DNA of 64,000 nucleotides from an uncultured Actinomycetota bacterium (GTDB lineage Bacteria; Actinomycetota; Actinomycetes; JAHEKZ01): NCBI GenBank assembly GCA_963829525.1, contig CAWHIJ010000003.1, positions 2,208,001 to 2,272,000 of the forward strand, read 5' to 3'. Shown piece by piece: positions 1 to 8,494 of this stretch (position 1 is its first letter; each line of letters starts with the position of its first letter). The notes under the pieces were generated by a model. It saw only the letters and a program-made list of their open reading frames with translations, ran no database searches and was not told where the DNA came from. The position numbers and the translations under genes were made by a program.

Positions 1-1340
1 CCGGGGGGCCAGGCCTGCCGCAAGAGCGCCGACTGGTCACCGCCATCCCCGGTCCGAGGTCGGTTGAGCTGCTGGCCCGCAAGAAGGCTGCCGTCTCCGA
101 TGGAGTTGGCACCGTCCTTCCGATCTTCATCAAGGCAGCCGGCGGCGGCGTCCTCGTCGACGTTGACGACAACAGCCTGATCGACCTCGGAGCGGGTATC
201 GCAGTTGTCAACGTCGGCAACGCTGCTCCAACGGTGGTCGCGAACATCCAGGAGCAGGCGGCCGCCTTCACCCACACCTGCTTCATGGTGACGCCCTACG
301 AGGGGTACGTCGCCGTCGCCGAACAGCTCAACCGGCTCACACCAGGCGCCCACGCCAAGAAGACAGCGCTCTTCAACTCCGGCGCCGAGGCCGTCGAGAA
401 CGCGGTGAAGATCGCCAGGTACGCGACCGGCCGTCCGGCCGTCGTCGTCTTCGAGCACGCCTACCACGGGCGTACCAACCTCACCATGGCGCTTACGGCG
501 AAGTCGATGCCGTACAAGTACAACTTCGGCCCGTTCGCCGGCGAGATCTACCGCGTCCCGCTCTCCTACCCCTTCCGTTGGCCAACTGGCCCCGAGAATG
601 CTGGAAGCGAGGCTTTGGAGCAGGCCATCAGCAAGATTGAGAAAGAGATCGGTGCCGACCAGGTCGCCGCAATCTTGATCGAGCCGATCGCCGGCGAAGG
701 CGGATTCATCGTTCCCGGGGAAGGATTCCTGCCAGGTTTGGCCGACTACGCCAAGGCGAACGGCATCGTCTTCATTGCCGACGAGGTCCAGACGGGGTTC
801 GCCCGCACCGGCGAGATGTTTGCCTGTAACCACGAGAACGTCGTACCGGACATCATCACCACGGCCAAGGGGATCGCCGGCGGGATGCCGCTGGCCGGTG
901 TGACCGGCCGTGCCGACCTCATGGACGCAGTTCATGTCGGAGGCCTTGGCGGAACCTACGGCGGCAACCCGGTCGCCTGTGCGGCGGCTCTGGGCGCCAT
1001 CGCGGCGATCGAGGACCAAGATCTTGTCGGTAAGGCCCGCCGAATAGGCGAGATCATGCTGCCCCGCCTCGCTGAGATGCAGGCCAAATACCCGATCATC
1101 GGCGACATTCGCGGACGCGGGGCGATGATCGCTGTTGAGCTGGTCAAGCCCGGGACTCTCGAGCCCGCCACCGAGCAGCTCGCGGCCATCGTCAAGCACT
1201 GCCACGCTGACGGTGTGCTCGTGCTCACAGCCGGCACCTACGGAAACGTGCTGCGTTTCCTCCCTCCGCTGACGATGCCCGAGCCACTGCTCGACGAGGC
1301 AATGGCAATCCTCGAGAAGGCCTTCGCGTCGGTCTCCTGA
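1..1340 (+). CDS. gabT: 4-aminobutyrate--2-oxoglutarate transaminase (5' end truncated by window)
   Basis: Frame open from nt 3 (GGPGLPQERRLVTAIPGPRS...LIDLGAGIAV); class III aminotransferase motifs NSGAEAVENAVK, YHGRT, FIADEVQTGFARTG, TAKGIAGG. Confidence 0.92.
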   Translation, partial: GGPGLPQERRLVTAIPGPRSVELLARKKAAVSDGVGTVLPIFIKAAGGGVLVDVDDNSLIDLGAGIAVVNVGNAAPTVVANIQEQAAAFTHTCFMVTPYEGYVAVAEQLNRLTPGAHAKKTALFNSGAEAVENAVKIARYATGRPAVVVFEHAYHGRTNLTMALTAKSMPYKYNFGPFAGEIYRVPLSYPFRWPTGPENAGSEALEQAISKIEKEIGADQVAAILIEPIAGEGGFIVPGEGFLPGLADYAKANGIVFIADEVQTGFARTGEMFACNHENVVPDIITTAKGIAGGMPLAGVTGRADLMDAVHVGGLGGTYGGNPVACAAALGAIAAIEDQDLVGKARRIGEIMLPRLAEMQAKYPIIGDIRGRGAMIAVELVKPGTLEPATEQLAAIVKHCHADGVLVLTAGTYGNVLRFLPPLTMPEPLLDEAMAILEKAFASVS

Positions 1341-1529
1341 GCTCCACCGCCTAACCGAGTCTGGCTCAGCCGTGCTCACTCACCCGGACGGCGTAGCGTT
1401 GGGTATGGCGACGCTGCGTTAGGCCCTGACCTCTAGTCCCACCTTGTGCGTGCGGCTTTACCTGTTGGGGCGAACTGCCGACACTTGTACGGGGTTGTGC
1501 CAACGCTTGGGATGAGGTGAACGGAGCCG

Positions 1530-2843
1530 ATGACGACGACCGGAGAGCTCACCGGTATGTCGCCAATGGCCGACGGGCTGCCTGACGCAGAGGAGTGCCG
1601 TGCCCTCGTTACCAGCGCCCTGCACCATGGCGCACCTTCGATCGTCGCCCAGCCCATCCTCGGGCTTTCTTCGGGGCGCGTCACCGCCTACGAAGCGCTT
1701 TCCAGATTCAGCCAAGAACTCCCGTCGTACTCCCCCGACGTCTGGTTCGCCATGGCACACCGGTGCGGCCTTGGCCCCATGTTCGAGGCGCGTGCAGTTG
1801 ACCTGGCTCTTCGCGCTGGTATCGAGCGCCCTAACGGAACCCTGCTGTCGGTCAATGTCAGCCCCTCCGTCTTGAGCACCCGAGAGCTGCACGACGTCTT
1901 GCCCTTCGACCTCTCAGGACTGCAGTTTGAGATCACCGAGAAGGAGGTTGTCGCAGACGGCGACCAGTTCCAGCTGATCCTGAAAGCCTTGCGAGACCGG
2001 GGCGCGCACGTCGCCGTCGACGACGTCGGTGAGGGGTACGCGGGCCTGCAGCGAGTACTCGCGCTCTCCCCTGACGTCATCAAGCTCGACCGATCGCTGG
2101 TGACAGGTGTTGAGTCCGAACCTGTCAAGGCGGCGCTCGTCGAGGCGATCGTCCGTTACGCCGGCAGGGTCGGGGCCGAGGTATGCGCTGAGGGCGTTGA
2201 GAATCTCGACGACCTCTACGTGCTGGCCGACCTCGATGTCGCCGAGGCCCAAGGATGGGTCATCGGCATGCCGTCACCGACCTTTGATCCGGCCAGCGAG
2301 GCGGCCTCGCTCACTTGTCAGAGTTCCTACCAACGCACTCTGGCCCTCGGTTCCCGTGCTCCTGGGCAGGACACCACCGCCCTGGAACGCCTGCTGGCCG
2401 ACCTCGTCGACTGCTCAAACCTTGACCGTCTCGCCCAGATGACCGGGCCGATCGGGGAGCACCTGAAGTGCGACCTCGCTGAGATTTCGTTCATCGACTC
2501 CACGCGGCAGTACGTCCAGGCGGTGGCACCGCGCGCCTGGATGCCCGACGGTGCGCAATACCCCTTGTCAGACTTCCCACAGACCTCGCGCTGCTTGGAC
2601 ACTCTCGAGATCATGACCGTCGACCTTGACGACCCAGATGTTGATCCGGCTGAGGCCGCCTGGATGCGCAGCGAGGGTGTGACGACCATGATCGGTATCC
2701 CGGTCCTGGCAGCGGGAACCGTAGTGGGTCTGTTGGAGTGTTCCCGGAAGGTCCCCGTTCCGTGGTCGCGACTGCAGCTGCGTCACGCCAGAATCATCGC
2801 CACTGTGCTCGGCCCCGTGATGACGACACTGCAGGATCGGTAA
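1530..2843 (+). CDS. EAL-domain c-di-GMP phosphodiesterase with C-terminal GAF domain
   Basis: YEALSRF, VNVSP, FEITE, VDDVGEGYAGL, IKLDRSL, AEGVE, QGW motifs; C-terminal GAF-like ...MIGIPVLAAGTVVGLLEC. Confidence 0.85.
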   Translation: MTTTGELTGMSPMADGLPDAEECRALVTSALHHGAPSIVAQPILGLSSGRVTAYEALSRFSQELPSYSPDVWFAMAHRCGLGPMFEARAVDLALRAGIERPNGTLLSVNVSPSVLSTRELHDVLPFDLSGLQFEITEKEVVADGDQFQLILKALRDRGAHVAVDDVGEGYAGLQRVLALSPDVIKLDRSLVTGVESEPVKAALVEAIVRYAGRVGAEVCAEGVENLDDLYVLADLDVAEAQGWVIGMPSPTFDPASEAASLTCQSSYQRTLALGSRAPGQDTTALERLLADLVDCSNLDRLAQMTGPIGEHLKCDLAEISFIDSTRQYVQAVAPRAWMPDGAQYPLSDFPQTSRCLDTLEIMTVDLDDPDVDPAEAAWMRSEGVTTMIGIPVLAAGTVVGLLECSRKVPVPWSRLQLRHARIIATVLGPVMTTLQDR

Positions 2844-2887
2844 GCGAACTGACCGCTCGTCGCGCGCGCTCGGCGATGCCGGAGGCG

Positions 2888-4103
2888 TTATCCGGGTGTC
2901 TCCTCGCGAAGTCCCCACGGTGACCCGTACTCGACCAGCTTGTCGAGGAACGGCTTGGGCGCGAAGGCCTCAGCTCCAAGAACTCCGGCGCCTGACCAGG
3001 TGCCGTCAGCGACGCAGCTCGAGGGCGATGACCGGGTTGATAGCCGTCTGCCAAACAACTGCCTGCGATCCGTACTCCCTCATCGTCCACTCGTTGTCAA
3101 CGACGTGGTAGAGGTACACCTGGCGAGGCTGGCCGTCCTTTCCACTACCTGTGACCCAAGTGCCGGCACACGTCTTGCCGGTCATGCGGTCCCCGAGCGT
3201 GGCGGGGTCCGGCAGCAGCGCAGCGATGACATCTCGTGGGCTGACCTCGACGCCACCAACGGCGATCTTTTGGGTGCGGTCCATACCGAGTTTGTGGATC
3301 ACTTTCAGCACATCGATGAACTCCTCACCGAGGCCATACTTGAAGGTGGCGCGATTGCAGTCGACCCAACGCGGGATGAGAAGAACTTCCTCGTGCTCGA
3401 CGTTGACGCACTCGACCGGACCGATGCCCTCAGGGAACTCGAAGACCTCTGGTTCAGAGAACGGGGGCGTTGTGAACCAGCCCTTCTCCTTCTCCCATAT
3501 CACCGGTGGGTTGAGGCACTCCTCGATGGTCGTCCAAATCGAAAAGGACGGCGCGAAGGTGAACCCGTCGACCTCGAGGTTGGATCCGTCACGGACCCCC
3601 GCCTCATCGATCTGGCTGAAGAGCTCATCTGCCGCGTACCTGGCGAAGATGTCCGACAGCCCCGGTTCCACACCCACACCCACCAGCGCGAGCCGACCCG
3701 CGGACTCCCACGCACCAGCGACGGCAAACTGCTCGTCGCCGAGCTTGACGCCCGTCTGGCGATAGGGCTCGGTCGGGTGCGGATGCGAAAGGGACATCGC
3801 CATATCGAGGTAGTCGGCGCCAGCCGCGAAGGACCCATTGAAAATCGGCAGAACGAACCGAGGATCTACCGCATTCAAGACGTGGGTGGCGTTGTGACGC
3901 CGGGCGAGGTCCGCGACCGACTCTGCGTTCGAAGCATCGACCTGGTCCGCCACGAATCGGGGATCATCGACCTGCGCGACAGCCCGCTCAGCACGCGACC
4001 GGTCGTAATCGGCCACGACCATGGTCTCGAAGAAGCTGCGACGGGCGGCGATGGGGACAACCGCCGAGCCAACACCACCTGCTCCGACCAGCAGAATGCG
4101 CAT
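2888..4103 (-). CDS. Saccharopine dehydrogenase / carboxy(nor)spermidine dehydrogenase family NAD(P)-dependent oxidoreductase (one frameshift near 3012)
   Basis: Rossmann ILLVGAGGVG, GVEPG, VEHEEV; after ALEL an alternate frame continues VADGTWSGAGVLGAEAFAPKPFLDKLVEYGSPWGLREETPG* ending at 2888. Confidence 0.8.
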
Positions 4104-4270
4104 GAGGGAGTCCTTCCGTCTCGGGCGACGTCGCCCGCCAGCACGGACTGATCGGGGGCTGCTCCCCCGTTGACTGGCTACGACCGTAGCTTGATACTAA
4201 CCTGCATCCTGACGTTTACTGGTTAGAGGTATTCGCTGGAGCGTGTCGCCGCGCTGCATGACGGGGCCCG

Positions 4271-4909
4271 TTACGCGGCTCGGGACCAGCCTTGGCATCC
4301 GGTGCGGCATCTGACTGTCGACGCACCATCGTCGTGCAAGCCGTCGTCGTGCACGCCGTCAGCTGGCAACGTCCACGGGCGCTTGACGAGGCGGGAGCCG
4401 GCTATCTTCTGCGCGCCGTAAAAGACACCGATGACGATCAACGCGTCCCCAAAGCTGAAGACGTTGGCGAAGGGCAGGGGGTCTGGCCAGACAAAGATAT
4501 CGCCGAAGAGCGGCAGCACCGGATCCTTGAGCACCCCCGAGTTGACGAACTCACCCTTGGCAAGGTCGATGCCAGCCATCTGCAGCGCCGACTTAGAGGC
4601 TGGCAGCTGACCACCGTTGAGTGCGATGGTGATGCCGTTCATCGCCCCGCCAGCAGCAATGATGATCAGCCCGGGGATCCTCCAGTTGATCGCCACGAAG
4701 ACACCGGCCGCCACATACGTCGCCATGTGAACCGCTTCCAGAAGGGTGCGGTCTGCCTCAGGGAAGATCTCGATGATGAGGATCTGCGCAAGAAGCGCTA
4801 CCACCAAGATCCACCACGCCTTGAAGCGCACATACGCAAGACGAGAGAGCTTCCCCCCGAAGAGGAGAGGGCTGACGAGCGCAAGAATGCAGAGGACGAG
4901 AACCAGCAT
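4271..4909 (-). CDS. DUF5317-like integral membrane protein
   Basis: About 5-6 hydrophobic segments; pattern N-x6-NGGxxP...GDIF...NVFSxGD recognised from memory as DUF5317; TGATG overlap with upstream GGDEF-EAL stop. Confidence 0.75.
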   Translation of the reverse strand: MLVLVLCILALVSPLLFGGKLSRLAYVRFKAWWILVVALLAQILIIEIFPEADRTLLEAVHMATYVAAGVFVAINWRIPGLIIIAAGGAMNGITIALNGGQLPASKSALQMAGIDLAKGEFVNSGVLKDPVLPLFGDIFVWPDPLPFANVFSFGDALIVIGVFYGAQKIAGSRLVKRPWTLPADGVHDDGLHDDGASTVRCRTGCQGWSRAA

Positions 4910-7038
4910 CAGCTGCTCCCTACCAGACGAAGGGAAGAAGGAGCTGCGCTCGTGCGGTTCACCCGACGTTGCTCGACCACCTCGACGACTGAGTCGGGGG
5001 CCATCGGCCGCCCAATGTGATAACCCTGAGCGACGTCACAACCGAGCCCTTCAAGCCACGCCAGTGTGTCGCCGTCCTCGACCCCCTCGGCCACGATCCG
5101 GAGTCCGAGGTTGTGCCCGAGCTCAACAGTCGACGCCACGATGATGGCGTCACTGGACTGGGTATCGAGATCCATGATGAATGAGCGGTCGATCTTCAGC
5201 TCGTCGATGTCGAACTGCTTAAGGTAGTTGAGCGAGGCGTGACCTGTTCCGTAGTCATCGATAGAGACCTCGACGCCGATCCGCCGAAGCTGCTGGAGAA
5301 CGACGGAGGCTCGTTTGGGGTCGGTCATGATGCTGCTCTCGGTCACTTCGATGACCAGCTTGGAGGGAGCAACCCCCCACCGTTCCAGGGCCACGGCGAT
5401 GCGGTCGGGCAGACTCATGTCCGTAAGGTGCCGGACCGAGAGGTTGACGGCAACTGACAAATCGATCCCGGCCTCGTGCCAGGTGCGTACCTGACGGAGC
5501 GCCCGCTCGACAACGAAGAAGGTGATGGGGGCGATCAGTCCGGTGTTCTCCGCGAGCGGGATGAAGGTGTCGGGGTACTGAATGCCGCGAGTGGGGTGGT
5601 TCCATCGGACAAGCGCCTCAACGCCACGCACCTCGCCGCTGGCAACATCGATCTTGGGTTGGTACACAAGGAAGAGTTGATCGTCTTCGACAGCGGACCG
5701 AAGGTCGGTGAGGGTCGTCAACCGTTGCGGGGTGTGAGTGTCTTCATCTTCGTTGGAGTACGCACAGAATCGAGCCCTTTCCCGCTTGGCTTCGTAGAGA
5801 GCGATGTCGGAGCGACGCATGAGGGTGTGGACGTCGTCGCCGTGGTCGGGGGCCAGTGCAATGCCGAGGCTGGCCTGAACCACCAGCCGAACACCGCCGA
5901 CCGAGAAGGACTTACCAAGCACCGAGAGAAGGTAAGTGGCGACGTCCTCGGCCACTGACAGGTCAGGGATGTCTGGCAGCAGCACGGCGAACTCATCGCC
6001 GCCCAGGCGCGCAACGGTGGCCCCTTCCGGCCGTGCCTCCTCCAGGCGGTTTGCCACCTCACAGATCAGTTCGTCACCGACCTGGTGGCCAAGAGTGTCA
6101 TTGATCTCCTTGAAGTGGTCAAGGTCGATCATCATGATCGCCAGGGCCTGGCCCGACCGTTGCGAGTCCTCCAGAGCTCGTACCGAGCGATCGCGGAACA
6201 GCTCACGGTTGGCCAGGCCGGTGAGGGCATCATGACTGGCCTGACGCCCCATGGCGACCGCAAGCTTGGCGCTGTTGTAAACAGCAGCGATCGGCGCCAA
6301 CAGCATCGGCAGCATGAGGGGCTGCGTCTGCACGACGAGGGCAGCGACCGGAGCGAGGATGGCCAGCACTCCGGCGGTCATCGCCTGGAAGCGGAGGTCG
6401 GCGAGGAAGATCGGGCTCACACGTTGACCGGAGTCGATGGCGACGACTGTCGAGACCAAGATCTGGTTGACCACCAAGAACGCGGCCGCGGCGACCAGGG
6501 CCGCAAAGAGCTCGAGCGGTACCGGGTCGAAGGTGTTGTACGGGCCGAATACCGGTTCCCCGGCAACCAGGGAGTAAACGCTGTGGGCCGCCATGACGGT
6601 CAGAACGTACTGTGAAGCGTTGAAGGCGATCTTCAGCGGCGAACGCCGCGAAATCGCGTCGTCGATGATCACCGCGACAGCCTGTGCCACCACTGCAAGA
6701 CTGACTGGGCCAACAATCGCCAAGGTCAGCGTGAAGGTCGTCGAAATGGTGATCATGTCTGCGGTGTCCCCACCGCGGGGGACCGGTACCGGCCGCAGCT
6801 CGCCGACAACTACGGCGATGACCAGGATCGTCACAACCAGGCCCTGGGAGGGATAGTCTCCCCAAGCACCTACCCCCACAGCCTCTTGGATCGGAGCAAG
6901 GACCAGCGAGGCCCCCAGCGCCAAGGACGCCGTCCCGATGACCCCCCATATGTACACACCGAGCGCCCACTTGGGGCGACGCGGAAAGGGAGCCACCGAT
7001 CCATCGGTGGCTCCCCCCTCGTGCGCTAGTTGGCCCAC
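4909..7038 (-). CDS. Membrane-anchored diguanylate cyclase / phosphodiesterase (multi-TM sensor + GGDEF + EAL)
   Basis: About 260-aa hydrophobic N-terminus; HDALTGLANR, DLDHFKEIND, RLGGDEF; EALVRW, IDDYGTG, KIDRSF, AEGVE, QGY; start codon uncertain. Confidence 0.92.
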   Translation of the reverse strand: MGQLAHEGGATDGSVAPFPRRPKWALGVYIWGVIGTASLALGASLVLAPIQEAVGVGAWGDYPSQGLVVTILVIAVVVGELRPVPVPRGGDTADMITISTTFTLTLAIVGPVSLAVVAQAVAVIIDDAISRRSPLKIAFNASQYVLTVMAAHSVYSLVAGEPVFGPYNTFDPVPLELFAALVAAAAFLVVNQILVSTVVAIDSGQRVSPIFLADLRFQAMTAGVLAILAPVAALVVQTQPLMLPMLLAPIAAVYNSAKLAVAMGRQASHDALTGLANRELFRDRSVRALEDSQRSGQALAIMMIDLDHFKEINDTLGHQVGDELICEVANRLEEARPEGATVARLGGDEFAVLLPDIPDLSVAEDVATYLLSVLGKSFSVGGVRLVVQASLGIALAPDHGDDVHTLMRRSDIALYEAKRERARFCAYSNEDEDTHTPQRLTTLTDLRSAVEDDQLFLVYQPKIDVASGEVRGVEALVRWNHPTRGIQYPDTFIPLAENTGLIAPITFFVVERALRQVRTWHEAGIDLSVAVNLSVRHLTDMSLPDRIAVALERWGVAPSKLVIEVTESSIMTDPKRASVVLQQLRRIGVEVSIDDYGTGHASLNYLKQFDIDELKIDRSFIMDLDTQSSDAIIVASTVELGHNLGLRIVAEGVEDGDTLAWLEGLGCDVAQGYHIGRPMAPDSVVEVVEQRRVNRTSAAPSSLRLVGSS
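6988..7015 (-). terminator. Strong hairpin (terminator/attenuator-like) between peptide genes and body of GGDEF-EAL gene
   Basis: Minus strand GGGAGCCACCGA-TGGA-TCGGTGGCTCCC followed by TTT; perfect inverted repeat. Confidence 0.55.
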
Positions 7039-7130
7039 TTCTTTCCGGCTCCAACTACCGATGCCAAGGTCAGCACCGTTGCGGCGCTGCCCAGCACGGA
7101 AACGATCACACGGGCTTTGATCTGGTCCAT
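7026..7130 (-). CDS. 34-aa putative signalling-peptide precursor 2: MDQIKARVIVSVLGSAATVLTLASVVGAGKKWAN
   Basis: ATG at 7130 preceded by GGAGGCGAGGAT; TAG at 7026-7028; same length and C-terminal motif as the adjacent peptide. Confidence 0.8.
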   Translation of the reverse strand: MDQIKARVIVSVLGSAATVLTLASVVGAGKKWAN

Positions 7131-7141
7131 ATCCTCGCCTC

Positions 7142-7246
7142 CTAGTTCATCCACTTGGTACCGGCACCGACCACCGAAACCAGGACCATAAGTCCGGCCG
7201 CAGCGGCGCTACCGCGCACCACCAATTCCTTGGTTACCTTGTTCAT
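7142..7246 (-). CDS. 34-aa putative signalling-peptide precursor 1: MNKVTKELVVRGSAAAAGLMVLVSVVGAGTKWMN
   Basis: ATG at 7246 preceded by GGGAAGGGGAG SD; TAG at 7142-7144; basic N-region, hydrophobic core, SVVGAGxKWxN tail. Confidence 0.8.
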   Translation of the reverse strand: MNKVTKELVVRGSAAAAGLMVLVSVVGAGTKWMN

Positions 7247-7423
7247 CGCTCCCCTTCCCAAATCAGTCGCGACGATTGGGGAGCCGAAGACTCAACCCCC
7301 CTGCGTAATGATGTCGTTCCGCAGGGTGACTTCGTTAGACGGCCAAATGGGTGAACACAGAGTGTCATCTTGGCTACTCAGAGCGATACTTGCAGGTCAG
7401 CGTCGCGCCCTGACTGGGTAGAA

Positions 7424-8464
7424 CTAGCCCATGTGGGGTGGCTGCTGCGTGCCTCGACCTTCCAGGAGAGGCGTCGCCCGGTCCCACACGACCTCCCCGC
7501 CATCCTTGCGCCGCCGGGCGATCCCCGACAGCGCCTCCAGCACGACGCGGTTCCCGAGGAAGGCGGTGATCTCGGCATGGTCGTAGGGCGGTGAGACCTC
7601 GACAACGTCGATGCCCACCACAGGCACTTCGTAGCAGATCCGCGATACCGCATCGAGCAGCTGTCGTGCCGAGAGACCACCGGGCTCAGGCGTGCCCGTA
7701 CCGGGTGCGTGGCCGGGGTCACACACATCGATATCAACGGACAGAAAGACGCCGTCACAGTCGTCGGTGGCGATGACAAACGCCTCGTCGAGCACCTGGT
7801 CGAGCCCCTTGGCGACGATCTCGCTCATGTGGAACGAGCGCATCTTCTGGTCGGCCATCCAGTCGAGGGTCTCCGGGCCCGGCCAGTAGCCGCGCAGCCC
7901 CAACTGCAAGAAGCGGTCCCCACGCGCGGCCCCCGACTCGATCAACCGCCGCATCGGCTGGCCATGTCCGTAGAGCGACCCGAACTCGATGTCGCCGGTG
8001 TCGGCATGCGCATCAAAGTGGATGATCGAGACCCTGCCGAACCCAGCAGACCGGGCAACGCCCGTGACGTCGGGCCAGGTGACCGTGTGGTCGCCACCGA
8101 GAACGAGTGGAATCTTGCCTGCTTCAGCGACACGCGCCACCGCATCCTCGATGATCTGGCAGCTTCTGACGACATCTCCGGAGTACACCTCGAGGTCGCC
8201 GGCATCAACTACCCGAAGGTCCTCGGTGAGCGCCTCCACACGCATCGCCATGTGCGGTCGCAACCCGTCCTGCGGCAGGTAGTCGGTCGAGCGCATCGCC
8301 ATCGGCCCAAATCGCGTCCCGGGGCGGTGGCTGGTGCCGCCGTCGAAGGGGGCGCCGATGATGACCACATCGGCATCGGCGAAGGTCGACGGGTCGTCGA
8401 GGTCGCAGGCGGGTACGCCAAGGAAGGTGATGTCGGGGCCGAACATGGGCCCGTAGCGCGTCAT
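7424..8464 (-). CDS. speB: Agmatinase (ureohydrolase family)
   Basis: GAPFDGG, GGDH, HFDAHAD, SVDIDVCDP, PGTGTPEPGG, EVSPPYD. Confidence 0.88.
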   Translation of the reverse strand: MTRYGPMFGPDITFLGVPACDLDDPSTFADADVVIIGAPFDGGTSHRPGTRFGPMAMRSTDYLPQDGLRPHMAMRVEALTEDLRVVDAGDLEVYSGDVVRSCQIIEDAVARVAEAGKIPLVLGGDHTVTWPDVTGVARSAGFGRVSIIHFDAHADTGDIEFGSLYGHGQPMRRLIESGAARGDRFLQLGLRGYWPGPETLDWMADQKMRSFHMSEIVAKGLDQVLDEAFVIATDDCDGVFLSVDIDVCDPGHAPGTGTPEPGGLSARQLLDAVSRICYEVPVVGIDVVEVSPPYDHAEITAFLGNRVVLEALSGIARRRKDGGEVVWDRATPLLEGRGTQQPPHMG

Positions 8465-8494
8465 GGCGGCACCCTACCGGGGAGCCACTCGCGT

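Noticed and set aside
7350-7370. BldD-box-like ACTCTGTGT upstream of the peptide genes
   Set aside because: Only the core matches and both flanking consensus positions mismatch; too weak without a genome-wide model.
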